IMG/VR virus record: IMGVR_UViG_3300008107_000123
Coordinates: 1-64,000 of that record
DNA length: 64,000 nucleotides
Reading direction: 5' to 3' (one strand)
From: an uncultured virus (IMG/VR IMGVR_UViG_3300008107_000123)
Lineage: Duplodnaviria > Heunggongvirae > Uroviricota > Caudoviricetes
Under the pieces are notes generated by a model. The model had not been told where the DNA came from. It did no database searches and saw nothing but the letters and a program-made list of their open reading frames with translations. Below are positions 1 to 9,737 of this stretch, piece after piece. How positions within the stretch are numbered: position 1 is the stretch's first letter; each line of letters begins with the position of its first letter. The position numbers and the translations under genes were made by a program.

Positions 1-729
1 TCGAACGCTCGTCTTGCGATTTCTGGGACCAACTACCGGTTTGGCGACTTGGCGGCTGCCGGTCCTTTCCGTCAGTCGTTTGTCATTACACCATCTGCCG
101 GGTCTGTTACCGTCGCTGTCGAGTTCTTTTCTGCCGGAGGCGCGACCATCAACGGGAGCGGCGGCACTTACGGCGCAGGTAGCGCCTTCCTCCGCGTTTC
201 CAAGATCGTGCAGGCGACCCAATGGCCCGCCGTCACGACCGGGACCATCATCTGCACCTCAACCACGCGGCCAGCGAGTCCGTTTGTCGGGCAGAAGATT
301 TATGAGACTGACACTAAGAAAGAACTGACATACGACGGTGCTTCGTGGACGCAGCCGTGGAACCAGCCGTGGGGGGTTGTTGGTATTGGCACGCATGACA
401 CAGGCTTGCAGGTTGCGGCAAACACATCATTCTGTTCCGTGACCTTTAACCCCGTGCTCAACCGTTATTACCAAGCGTTTTATACGGAGCGCACCATCTG
501 GGCAACAGCAGGCACTATTGGAATCTTTGACTCTGTTGCAAGTGGAAGGATTGCGGAGCAGTATGGAGCACCTGATCCTGTAACGCTTCAGCGCACTAAG
601 ACGTTCAGCACTACGGCTTCACGCACTCTTTCTATTCGCTCTGATGGAGTGCAAACCCCTATCAGTGGTGCGTATTCTGGTAATGAGCGCCCCGCTCAGT
701 TGGTTGTCATGGACGTTGGCCCGGCTTAA
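1..729 (+). CDS. Tail fibre / receptor-binding protein, 5'-truncated by the window edge
   Basis: Frame is open from position 1; CTSTTRPASPFxGQxIYETDT fibre motif; homologous to 41894..42835. Confidence 0.7.
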   Translation, partial: SNARLAISGTNYRFGDLAAAGPFRQSFVITPSAGSVTVAVEFFSAGGATINGSGGTYGAGSAFLRVSKIVQATQWPAVTTGTIICTSTTRPASPFVGQKIYETDTKKELTYDGASWTQPWNQPWGVVGIGTHDTGLQVAANTSFCSVTFNPVLNRYYQAFYTERTIWATAGTIGIFDSVASGRIAEQYGAPDPVTLQRTKTFSTTASRTLSIRSDGVQTPISGAYSGNERPAQLVVMDVGPA

Positions 730-1263
730 GTGACGCTCCTCCTCCTCCTCACATCGAGTGGGGGTCCGAAGCCGGTAGAGGCAGCGGCGTCGGCCTCCAC
801 AACTCTGACAGCGGAACTACGTAGTCAGACCGTTCGCCCCGTTGCCGAGTGCAACGTGTTCTTCAACTCGTCTGCGGAACTGCGAAAGAGCATTGAAGTT
901 GCGGCAGCCGTCCTTGTTTCTTCTGCTTCTATAGCCGCAGAACTACGCAACGGAACAAAACTTTCTGCGTCAATCGTTCAAGCCAGCGCGTCACTATCTG
1001 CGTCGCTAACTAACGGAACAGAACTCGCTGCGTCACTCGTTGCTCTGTCGTCAGTTATCACCGCTGGGATTACTTCTGCCGGAAGTACGCCTTCTTCCGC
1101 TATCATAAATGCAGTCTCAACTGTTGCCGTAAGGCTTCCGGGTCGTGAGTACGGATCACCAGTAACGGCTGGTTCGTCACGCTCCGGTGCAGGGGGGACT
1201 CCCCCTGTTGGGTCTGGACGCTCTGGCGCAGGCGGAACTCCAACGCCCGGAAATGGGAGATAG
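730..1263 (+). CDS. Ala/Ser-rich putative virion protein
   Basis: N-terminus MTLLLLLTSSGGPKPV shared with 42832..43362; duplicated RSGAGGTP near the C-terminus. Confidence 0.6.
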   Translation: MTLLLLLTSSGGPKPVEAAASASTTLTAELRSQTVRPVAECNVFFNSSAELRKSIEVAAAVLVSSASIAAELRNGTKLSASIVQASASLSASLTNGTELAASLVALSSVITAGITSAGSTPSSAIINAVSTVAVRLPGREYGSPVTAGSSRSGAGGTPPVGSGRSGAGGTPTPGNGR

Positions 1264-1266
1264 TAA

Positions 1267-3498
1267 GTGGCTACCTCGTACAGCAATCTTTATCGCGGCA
1301 AGGGCGATGCTGCGTCCCGCCTTCAGCGTATGGTCGTTCAGGGCAAGGAGATCGCCAAGCAGGAGCGCACCCGCTGGCAGCAGAACCGCATGGTCTACCG
1401 TGGCGACCAGTGGTTCCGCCCCCGCCCCGGCGCTGGTTTTTCCTCTGGTCGGCTTGAAGTTCTTTCCGAGGGGGCTCGCGGACGTCGGCGGGATACGTTC
1501 AACCGACTGCGCCAAATGACGGATGGCCGCGTCTCTGTTCTTACCGCTTCCCGCCCGCCGTACGAAGTCATTCCCAAGACGCGGGATCAGGACGTTCTTG
1601 ACGCTGCTCGTCAGGCACAGAAGTTGATCGCCGCAAAGTGGGACGAGCAGGGGTGGAACGTCGGGGGGAACATCCGCGAACTCGTACTTACTGGCGAGAT
1701 TGACGGCGTTTCTTTCCTCAACGTGACGTTTGATCCGAACTGTGGGGAAGAGACGGTTATCTACGTTGCCCCAGACGGACAGCCGATCGCAACACGCGAG
1801 GCGTACGAAGCGGCGATCCAGCAAGACCCGGACGGTGGGACGCTTTGGATGGAGAAGCGTGTACGCATGGGGGAGATTATCTGGAGAGTTGTACGCCCCG
1901 GCGCGATTGCAACCGATCCATCCGCTACCCACTGGAAGGACACGAACTGGGTAATAGAGTCGAGAGTCCTCCCGAAGGCGAAGATCGAGTCAGATAACAA
2001 CATCCAGATCGACAAACTTCTCAACGATGAGAGGAGCAGGACCGGCGGGGCGAAGAACAACCCCGACCCAACCATCGGTCCTGTTGTAGCCGAGGATGAG
2101 GGGCAACTTACCGATCGGATAATCCCGGGCCGCGAGGAGTACATCGTCCACGAGATGTACATGAAGCCGAGCGCCGAGTGGCCTAAGGGTTGCCACTCTC
2201 GTTGGCTCGACCGCGCACCCGGGCAGCCTCTTCTTGTTGAGGAGTACCCGGACTATGACCTCCCGTATCGTCCGTTCAACCCGAAGCCTGACGGTGGCCA
2301 CTACATGCGCTGCCGCGGGACTGTCGATGAACTGCGCCCGATCCAGCAGCGCTTCAACAGAATCCTCTCGCTGCTCTCTGAATGGATGGAGAAGGTGGCT
2401 CGTCCGCCAGTTCTTGTTCCTGTTGGGGCGCTCCGTGGTCAGGAGTTGTACAACGAGAAGGGGTTTGCGGAAGTCCACCCCCTCGGCGACCCGCACTTCA
2501 TGCCGACTCCGAGCGAGCCTGTTGCGGTGCTGACCCAGCACCTCCAGTGGTGCGTTCAGCAGATGGCCGAGATTGCAAACCAGAGCGACGCTATCCGTGG
2601 AGTCCAGCCCGGAGGCGTGGAGTCTGCAATCGGTATTCAGGCACTAGCGCAGAACTCAGAAACTCAGTTGTCCGGAACAGCGTCTCAGGTCGCCTCGGTT
2701 ATCGAGTGGGGGCTTTCGCGCTCCCTCCGCCTCGTCCGTGACTACTACTCAATCCCCCGCCTTGTGCAGACTTCGGGAGTTGACAACTCGGAGGAACTGT
2801 CTGCGTTTGTCGGGGAGATGGTGCGGGACGCAGAGGATGTCCACATCACCGCGTCCATTCTCCCGAGAAGCCGTGCGCTCCAGTTCCAGACGCTTATGCA
2901 ACTTGCGCCGATCATCGGGAACGACATCCGACCGTATGTCGCTCGTTTCGTCGAGGGTTCTTACGACGAGTTCATTTCGTCTGAAACCGCACAGCGCGAC
3001 AAGCAGAAGCGCGAGAACCGTGCACTTGCTGCGCTTGGCAAGTTGGACGAGCGGGATCAGGTCTGGGCTGACTTCAGCCAGATTCAGGCCCAGTACATGC
3101 AGGCGTTCGCAATGGCATCGTCGCAGGGCGATCCGACCATCGCGCTTTCGATGGCCGGAATCCAGCCGCCCTCGGTTCTTCGCATGCTCCGAGACGCTGG
3201 GGTAAACATCCCAACTGTCGAGGATTACGACGACCACGCGATGCACCTTCGCGCCCTTGACCTGTGGCGGCTTAGCGACGGATACGACGCCATACATCCT
3301 CTTGTCAAGCAAGCCGCACGTGAGCACGCCACTGAACACAAGAAGATGCTTGAACAGCAACTTGTTTCGATGGGGAGCCAAACCCCACCGGATCAGGGTC
3401 CGCAGGGCGGTGGCTCTCCACCGGCACCTAAGGGCCAGCCCTCGCCGCCCAAGGAGAACAAGGGCGGACCACCAGCAACGATAGCGGGGACGATGTGA
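1267..3498 (+). CDS. Portal protein
   Basis: 743 aa, precedes scaffold and MCP, Q/P-rich tail; clear homologue at 43372..45666. Confidence 0.85.
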   Translation: MATSYSNLYRGKGDAASRLQRMVVQGKEIAKQERTRWQQNRMVYRGDQWFRPRPGAGFSSGRLEVLSEGARGRRRDTFNRLRQMTDGRVSVLTASRPPYEVIPKTRDQDVLDAARQAQKLIAAKWDEQGWNVGGNIRELVLTGEIDGVSFLNVTFDPNCGEETVIYVAPDGQPIATREAYEAAIQQDPDGGTLWMEKRVRMGEIIWRVVRPGAIATDPSATHWKDTNWVIESRVLPKAKIESDNNIQIDKLLNDERSRTGGAKNNPDPTIGPVVAEDEGQLTDRIIPGREEYIVHEMYMKPSAEWPKGCHSRWLDRAPGQPLLVEEYPDYDLPYRPFNPKPDGGHYMRCRGTVDELRPIQQRFNRILSLLSEWMEKVARPPVLVPVGALRGQELYNEKGFAEVHPLGDPHFMPTPSEPVAVLTQHLQWCVQQMAEIANQSDAIRGVQPGGVESAIGIQALAQNSETQLSGTASQVASVIEWGLSRSLRLVRDYYSIPRLVQTSGVDNSEELSAFVGEMVRDAEDVHITASILPRSRALQFQTLMQLAPIIGNDIRPYVARFVEGSYDEFISSETAQRDKQKRENRALAALGKLDERDQVWADFSQIQAQYMQAFAMASSQGDPTIALSMAGIQPPSVLRMLRDAGVNIPTVEDYDDHAMHLRALDLWRLSDGYDAIHPLVKQAAREHATEHKKMLEQQLVSMGSQTPPDQGPQGGGSPPAPKGQPSPPKENKGGPPATIAGTM

Positions 3499-3743
3499 GC
3501 GAGACTGAGAGGGGCTTCGGCCCCGGCTTCGAGAAGGACGTGGCAGCGATTCTTGCAACCGCTGACCGGGGACTTCTGTACGCCCGTGAGGTGAGGGAGA
3601 ACCTCGCACGGGCGGGGATGATTATCTACGACTCGGTAGAGATGCCAGACGTGGAGCCACCGCAGTACAACGATGATGTGGACGAACTCCAACTCATCAA
3701 CGACAACTACCCTGCCGACGAGGAGGACGCAGAGGATGAGTGA
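3495..3743 (+). CDS. Small acidic hypothetical protein
   Basis: VAAILxxADRGLLYxRExRENLAxAGMIIY conserved in 45670..45924. Confidence 0.75.
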   Translation: MSETERGFGPGFEKDVAAILATADRGLLYAREVRENLARAGMIIYDSVEMPDVEPPQYNDDVDELQLINDNYPADEEDAEDE

Positions 3744-4497
3744 CGAGCAGCAGGAGCCTCAGGAGGCCCACAACCCGTGGGAGCCGTGGCAGGAGGTGGG
3801 GTTTGACCCCGAGCAGTTCGACCCCGAGGACGTGCGAAACGCCTACGAGGGTTGGAACGCTCTGGGTGACCGCGACCAGCGTCCGTACCTTGTGGAGAGG
3901 ATGCTTCAGGGAAATGAGATTCCCGAGGGCATGAGCCTCAACGAGATGATGGAGGCCGCTAACCTCTACTGGCAGGCGAAGAACGACCCGTTCGGGTCAG
4001 ACGACGACGAGATGTACTACTCAGAACCGGACGGTTCTCAGTATGGGCCGGTTGATCCGTCTGTCGATTACGGCAGCCCCGCGCTTGACCCGAACTACCT
4101 TCGGAATGTCTGGCAGGAGGACATTCAGTCGATCGTAGACACCCGGTTGGAGCAGATGGAACAGCAGTATCACGAGCGCCAGCAGTTCGATGAGTTCAGG
4201 TCTGAAATGGATCGACTTCGTGCCGACCACAACCTTTCCGATACTGATCTTCAGTTCCTTGCTCCCCGCGCTGTCGAGTATGTCCAGCCCGGTCGGCCGA
4301 TGGCAGAGGCGATCGGTCAGGCGTGGAGTGATTTCGACGAGTGGCGTCGTCACTCGCTCGCTAACTACGCTCAGCAGCAGGGTCGTGCGCCTCGCACTTC
4401 CCCGCCGAGCGGTCTTTCTGCCTCTCCCGAGCAGCCGCCTCGTAGCCTTGCAGAGGCGCAGCAGATGATGGAGAGTCGTTACGGCGGCGGATTCTAG
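3736..4497 (+). CDS. Capsid scaffolding protein
   Basis: Acidic, Q/E-rich helical protein between portal and MCP; start moved to MSDEQQ (3736) by comparison with the genome B homologue. Confidence 0.7.
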   Translation: MSDEQQEPQEAHNPWEPWQEVGFDPEQFDPEDVRNAYEGWNALGDRDQRPYLVERMLQGNEIPEGMSLNEMMEAANLYWQAKNDPFGSDDDEMYYSEPDGSQYGPVDPSVDYGSPALDPNYLRNVWQEDIQSIVDTRLEQMEQQYHERQQFDEFRSEMDRLRADHNLSDTDLQFLAPRAVEYVQPGRPMAEAIGQAWSDFDEWRRHSLANYAQQQGRAPRTSPPSGLSASPEQPPRSLAEAQQMMESRYGGGF

Positions 4498-4501
4498 ACT
4501 G

Positions 4502-4544
4502 ACGCCGTGCTTCGTGTGTTAGTGTAACGCACGAAGCACGGCGT
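4502..4544. promoter_or_regulatory. 20-bp inverted repeat with a -10-like TAGTGT at its apex, upstream of MCP
   Basis: acgccgtgcttcgtgtgtta-gtg-taacgcacgaagcacggcgt with one G.T pair; TAGTGT at 4520-4525; genome B has TATAGT at the equivalent place. Confidence 0.6.
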
Positions 4545-4604
4545 TGGCTCCGGCGAGATGAAGTCTCGGGAGGACGGTGCGGAAATAGCGGGCCTGTCCC
4601 GTTC
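4536..4604 (+). promoter_or_regulatory. Structured 5' leader of the major capsid gene
   Basis: Stem with three GG bulges plus a second hairpin; pairing kept with base changes in 46876..46952. Confidence 0.6.
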
Positions 4605-4639
4605 TACCCACTTTTCTCTAAAAGAAAGAGAGACTTCAC

Positions 4640-5944
4640 TTGTCCCTTTATTCCGCGTCCTCCGCTTTTGCGAAGGATGTCTGGCTCCCGGGGCTGAACT
4701 ACGAACTGCTTGCTGAGCCCGGCACCCTGCTGGGCTGGCTCGGTTCGTACGCTGACAGCCGCGTGACCGTTGACATCGAGGGTCGCCGTTCGTACATCAA
4801 GTTGCGGATCGGTGACTCGCTCGGTCAGGGAACCATCGCTCAGGGCGGTAACTACCCCAACCCGGGTGACCCGACCTACGACGAGGCTTCCCTGAACCTC
4901 GCGCACCTTGCGCACGCCATCGACTTCACGATGGAGGAGATGGCACTTCTTGAGTCCACCGAGGCCGCTGCGGTCCCGATCATGGCCGAGAAGATGACCG
5001 CTGCTAAGGAGGCTATGTCCTCCGACATCGAGCGTCAGGCTTGGAGCGACGGTAGTGGTGTTCTTGCGAACGTCGCTTCGTCGTCGGGTTCGACGATCAC
5101 CCTCGACGCCACGACCTCATCGCAGGTGGATCGTGACCGTTACCTGTGGATCGACGACGCTAACCGCGCTCGTTACGACGTTGTGCACGGTACGACTGGC
5201 GCCCAGCAGGTTACGGGCTTCACCGTGTCGGACATCAACGAGTCCACCAACGTGCTTACCTGCTCGGCCTCGATGACCTCGGCCACCTCGGCTGGCGTTG
5301 TTGTGCGCAGCGGCACGTGGGCTTCCGGTGGTGCCTACAACTCTCTGGAGTTCGGCGGCATCAAGGCTGCGGTTGACAACAACAACACCTACATGGGTAT
5401 CGACCGCACCGCTTCGGGCAAGGGCTACTGGCAGGCCGTGGTCGCTGACAACAGCGGCACCCTGCGCCCCCTTACCGAGGAACTGATCCACGGAGTGATG
5501 AACAAGATCGCTCGCCGCGCTGGCCGCCAGCCCACTGGTGACTACGCTGCGTTCGCTTCGTTCGGTACGTACACCGCGTACCACCAGATCATCACCCCGG
5601 GCCTCCGTTACACGCTGGAGTCCACCCCGGACATCGGCTTCGGTCGCCCGCTGGAGATGCTCGGCGTCCCCATGTACCGTGGTGCCCGTTGTCCCCGCAA
5701 CAGCATCTTCGTGCTGAAGAAGGACAGCCTGAAGTTCGTTCGTCCGAAGCACAACAAGCCGGGCGACCTGCTGAACTTCGTCAACCTCGGCGGCTCGGAG
5801 TTCTTCCTGAAGAACGCTTCGAGCGGTCAGGGGCACAGCGCGTCAGTGGTTGCGTACCTCGACGGCTTCCTCGGAATGATGACGACGCGCCCGCGTGACC
5901 ACGCGGTTCTCGGCGACATCTCCGAGGTGGCGAGTACGTACTAG
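4640..5944 (+). CDS. Major capsid protein
   Basis: 434 aa, follows the scaffold gene, strongly biased codons; same length as and very similar to 46985..48289; TTG start. Confidence 0.88.
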   Translation: MSLYSASSAFAKDVWLPGLNYELLAEPGTLLGWLGSYADSRVTVDIEGRRSYIKLRIGDSLGQGTIAQGGNYPNPGDPTYDEASLNLAHLAHAIDFTMEEMALLESTEAAAVPIMAEKMTAAKEAMSSDIERQAWSDGSGVLANVASSSGSTITLDATTSSQVDRDRYLWIDDANRARYDVVHGTTGAQQVTGFTVSDINESTNVLTCSASMTSATSAGVVVRSGTWASGGAYNSLEFGGIKAAVDNNNTYMGIDRTASGKGYWQAVVADNSGTLRPLTEELIHGVMNKIARRAGRQPTGDYAAFASFGTYTAYHQIITPGLRYTLESTPDIGFGRPLEMLGVPMYRGARCPRNSIFVLKKDSLKFVRPKHNKPGDLLNFVNLGGSEFFLKNASSGQGHSASVVAYLDGFLGMMTTRPRDHAVLGDISEVASTY

Positions 5945-5946
5945 CG

Positions 5947-6357
5947 ATGGCTCTTACCGTCACGATCAACAAGACCGACACCGTTGGTCGTTACCTGAAG
6001 GTCAAGACCGGAACGGTGACGTTCGACTCGTCTTACCCCACTGGGGGTGAGTCGCTGTCGGCCACCGACCTCGGCTTCTCGACCAAGGTAGAAACCTTCG
6101 TGGCGTCGCCTAACGGTGGCCTCATCTTCGAGTATGACTTCACTAACTCGAAGTTGGAGGCTTTCTACCCCAGCGGCGGTGCGGCTACCCCGGCGGCTCT
6201 TGCAGCCCCGGCGGTAACTGTTCCGGCAGGGGCGACCACCGTGACGTCAAGCGCGGCACAGCCGAATCTTACTGAGACGGCTGGAATCGCGGCAGAGGTT
6301 GGTAACACCACCGACCTCTCGACCATCGTTACCAACTTCGTCGCCTTCGGGTACTAG
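5947..6357 (+). CDS. Putative capsid decoration / minor head protein
   Basis: Directly after MCP; FDSSYPTGGESL motif; near-identical to 48298..48708. Confidence 0.6.
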   Translation: MALTVTINKTDTVGRYLKVKTGTVTFDSSYPTGGESLSATDLGFSTKVETFVASPNGGLIFEYDFTNSKLEAFYPSGGAATPAALAAPAVTVPAGATTVTSSAAQPNLTETAGIAAEVGNTTDLSTIVTNFVAFGY

Positions 6358-6364
6358 GAGTTAG

Positions 6365-6844
6365 ATGCAACTCGGCGAACCGATCGGCTCCGTTCTCTAC
6401 GATGATTGGCGTTTCGTAGAGGAGGACATGCATAACATCAGTGGGCGTGTCACGGAGTACGACAGCGAGGCCAAGTTGGCCCGTCAGGAAGAGACTGGTC
6501 ATCTTGGCCTCGCTCGCCGAATCAACGCGCCGTTTGACGGCGGCGGTCACATCTGGGTTATCGCACGTCGCCTCCATGATGAGGAGACTGGCGACCCGCT
6601 TACCGGTGAACCCGACAAGCGTGTTCTTGACGAGCAGCGGAGGGCAGATGCTTTCCGCATCGACAACCTAGACCGTTGGCGTAAGGCTCAGGAGCGGATG
6701 TGGGTTCTCGATCAGGAGGTCCGTCACGCACGCGAGATCGAGAGCCAGATGGCAAACGCCGAGGAGTTCGTGTGGACGTTCCGCAAGAAAGACCTCGGGC
6801 GTAAGGACTCAATCCTCGTTCCGTCATCAGTGACAGATGGCTAG
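6365..6844 (+). CDS. Hypothetical protein
   Basis: Conserved with 48709..49185 (DWRFVEED, MANAEEFVWT). Confidence 0.7.
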   Translation: MQLGEPIGSVLYDDWRFVEEDMHNISGRVTEYDSEAKLARQEETGHLGLARRINAPFDGGGHIWVIARRLHDEETGDPLTGEPDKRVLDEQRRADAFRIDNLDRWRKAQERMWVLDQEVRHAREIESQMANAEEFVWTFRKKDLGRKDSILVPSSVTDG

Positions 6845-7544
6845 CGGGGACTTCCAAGACCTCTACTCAAAGGCGATCTACGGATCGCGGAGAGACACGA
6901 GCGACACATTCGATGTCGCTCGGGCGAAGGAGGCAATCAACGAGGCGTACCTGTACGTAGCGTCAACTGGTGACCCGTGGGACTGGCTTGAAAAGGAAGG
7001 CCAGTTCGATGTCCAGATCGGGCAGGGTGTCTATACCTACGACGCAATCGGCTCAGCCCTATCGACAAGCATCGAAGAAATCCACACACTCACTATGGAC
7101 TCCGGCGACGGAGGGTGGACTCTTGACTCGATGTCTTGGCCTGCGCTTGAACGAGTCGCGTACAGCACTCAGGACGACGAGCAGAACGGGGAACCGATTA
7201 TGTTCTCCAAGTGGGATAGGCGAATCCGCTTGTTCCCTGCCCCAGACGAGGCGTACACCATCGGAATGTTCTACAGGGTGCAGGCGTCGGAGTTGGTGAA
7301 CAACTCAGACGTTCCCCTTCTACCACTGGCGTGGCGCACGCGACTCCTCGTCCCCTTCGCGTGCGCCCGCCTCCTTCGTCAGGAGGGGGGGCAGGAGGCG
7401 GCTGCCGAAGCAGACAGGTACATGCGCGACTTCGAGCGGTCATTCATCGAGGCACGTACTGCAATGGCTACCGCCAAGTACCCGTCCTTCAGGCTCACCT
7501 CCCCCGGATGGGCCGAGAGGTCGTACTGGTACCCGGGGCCGTAG
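6837..7544 (+). CDS. Head-tail adaptor (tail tubular A-like)
   Basis: WDWLE, IRLFPAPD..Y and PLLPxxW motifs; size and position typical of podovirus adaptors. Confidence 0.7.
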   Translation: MASGDFQDLYSKAIYGSRRDTSDTFDVARAKEAINEAYLYVASTGDPWDWLEKEGQFDVQIGQGVYTYDAIGSALSTSIEEIHTLTMDSGDGGWTLDSMSWPALERVAYSTQDDEQNGEPIMFSKWDRRIRLFPAPDEAYTIGMFYRVQASELVNNSDVPLLPLAWRTRLLVPFACARLLRQEGGQEAAAEADRYMRDFERSFIEARTAMATAKYPSFRLTSPGWAERSYWYPGP

Positions 7545-9737
7545 TTGCGGCGCTTTTCGATTGCAAACCCGTTTTCCTCTGGGTACGTAAGCGAAGTACC
7601 TGACTACGTTGTTCCCGTTGAGAAGGCGTCGTTCGCTCAGGACTCCTTCGCACCGAACGGTGTTGTAAGGCAGCGGAGAGGTCTTAGTTACGCAACGTCG
7701 GTTCTGTCTCCGACGACTATCAACATCTACTCAACCGCGAAAACGAAGTTCGCCCGAAACGGGAACACCCGGGTTGTGGGCGTGACTCAGGCAAACGACT
7801 TCTACGTTTGCAGCACACCAGATCAGGGGACGCTCAACTCGTTTATGACGACTCCGGGCATAACCGGTTCGTACCTCCCGCGTTGCGTGTATGAGGGGGA
7901 ACTCATCTTCTGCCACACCAGCGGACAAGTCCCGCTTCTTCGTTACGCCGGTGCTGTTCCCCGCGGCTTCTCTGCCGGTAGTTCCGCAGCGACGATCAGC
8001 ATGCCCGCTGGTTCGTTTCAGGTTTCCACTACGAGCATCGGCGGCGTTGGGACGAGGACCGGTGAGTACCTGCACTTCACTGCACCGGACGGCGCTGGCA
8101 ACTTTCAGTACCAGCCGCCGCTCTGTGACCTGATCGTTCAGGACACGAGCACCGCCAATGTCTACATCACTGAGGTGATGAGGAACACGAACGGCGGGTC
8201 AACTGCCACGACAAACTCGACAGTCTCTCAGGCCACGCTCGGGACAACTTGGCCCGCCGTTCCTGTCCACGAGGGATTCGTGTCAAGCATTAGCGGGCTC
8301 ACCGTTACACCGGCAGGCATCGCCCCGGCCACTGACGTGTTCACTGGAGGGGGAAGTTACAACTCGACCAAAGACGCGATTGCCATCGGCGGACCCAGCA
8401 CCACATTTCCCCACATTATTGCTGGAGTTACCGTGACGACATCGACAACCCTCGATACCCACTACGCGATTATTCCGGGTTACGCTGGGAACAAGTACTT
8501 CATTCTGAGAAGGTGCCCGTTTAGGGACGCGGAGGTTCACAAGGAATCACTGTGGGGTGTTGGCGTGAAGGAGTTCCCGAGCACCGTCTACGTCTGGCCC
8601 CAGACGAGCAACATAGGTATACCCCCCATGAGCGTTGCCCCATACGCAGCGACCAGCCGCGCTGGCTACTCAAACTCGACCGTCACCGGCTTTCTCACAG
8701 AGAACGACTACACCCTCTTCTCGCTTGACGTACCCAGCAAGTACGATACAACGCCGATTGAGGCGATCCTCTCTACCGATGGACCGCTTCTTGTTCTCAA
8801 GACCGACTCTGTTTACGGTATCTACGGGGCGTTCGACTCGACTTCCAGAGACACAGGCGGCGGTCTTGAAGTAAACAAGATCGCGGACTGGGGCGGGTGC
8901 CTTGACCTAAGGTCTGCGATCAGTGGGGAAAACGGCGTCTACTGGGCGGGCGGAGACGGCATCTACACGTGGAGGGGCGGTCAGGTCGTTGACCTTACTG
9001 CCGGTGTCGTGCAGCGGGAGTGGCGTGCTCTGATGCTCGGCTACCAGCGTGGGACATCAACCGTGTCGTGTGGTATCGCCGCGAACAGGTACCTTGTTGT
9101 CGCCGCCGCTGGGCTTGACAACACCAAGACATCTGGCGCAATGATCGGACCAGACACTTCTGCGCCTAGCAGCAGAACACTCGTCTACGACATCGCCACG
9201 TCATCTTGGCTTGGCCGCATGACGAACTTCTCGCCGACTCACATGTGGACATCAGCAGAAGAGGACGGCGGTGCCGCGTGTCTTGCTGCGAGTAACAACG
9301 ACAGCCGGATTATCGACTGCGGTGTTGCGTACGAGCCCGAGTCTGCGCTCGCCACTGACGCAACCAATGCGTCGTTTCCTTCGATGAAGTTGTGGAGCAC
9401 CGCGTCTTTGGCTCAGGCAGAAGGTATCGAGGGAGAGGCTCGGTTCTGCGACGCCGTTATCCACTCGAACCTCTACGACGTATCGACTCCGACTACATCC
9501 ATTACCGCAACCGTCGCATCTGGGGGGAGTCTTTACACCGACCCGACGTCTAGCAAGACCATCGGTTCGATTTCAGCCACGACAACCGACCGAGTTGACA
9601 GGGACAAGTTCAGCGTAAACCGATCCGGACGCCTCCACCAGATCAGGCTGGAAGTATCTGCCACCGATTCAAGCAACGCTAAGTCGGAAATCTCAGAGAT
9701 CGTTATGTCGTTCCGCGACTCGCGTAGGGGTACGTAA
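7545..9737 (+). CDS. Tail nozzle / stabilisation protein (tubular B or P22 gp10-like)
   Basis: 730 aa, beta-rich, LLVLKxxSVYGIYG and GVYWAGxDGIY motifs; follows the adaptor. Confidence 0.7.
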   Translation: MRRFSIANPFSSGYVSEVPDYVVPVEKASFAQDSFAPNGVVRQRRGLSYATSVLSPTTINIYSTAKTKFARNGNTRVVGVTQANDFYVCSTPDQGTLNSFMTTPGITGSYLPRCVYEGELIFCHTSGQVPLLRYAGAVPRGFSAGSSAATISMPAGSFQVSTTSIGGVGTRTGEYLHFTAPDGAGNFQYQPPLCDLIVQDTSTANVYITEVMRNTNGGSTATTNSTVSQATLGTTWPAVPVHEGFVSSISGLTVTPAGIAPATDVFTGGGSYNSTKDAIAIGGPSTTFPHIIAGVTVTTSTTLDTHYAIIPGYAGNKYFILRRCPFRDAEVHKESLWGVGVKEFPSTVYVWPQTSNIGIPPMSVAPYAATSRAGYSNSTVTGFLTENDYTLFSLDVPSKYDTTPIEAILSTDGPLLVLKTDSVYGIYGAFDSTSRDTGGGLEVNKIADWGGCLDLRSAISGENGVYWAGGDGIYTWRGGQVVDLTAGVVQREWRALMLGYQRGTSTVSCGIAANRYLVVAAAGLDNTKTSGAMIGPDTSAPSSRTLVYDIATSSWLGRMTNFSPTHMWTSAEEDGGAACLAASNNDSRIIDCGVAYEPESALATDATNASFPSMKLWSTASLAQAEGIEGEARFCDAVIHSNLYDVSTPTTSITATVASGGSLYTDPTSSKTIGSISATTTDRVDRDKFSVNRSGRLHQIRLEVSATDSSNAKSEISEIVMSFRDSRRGT

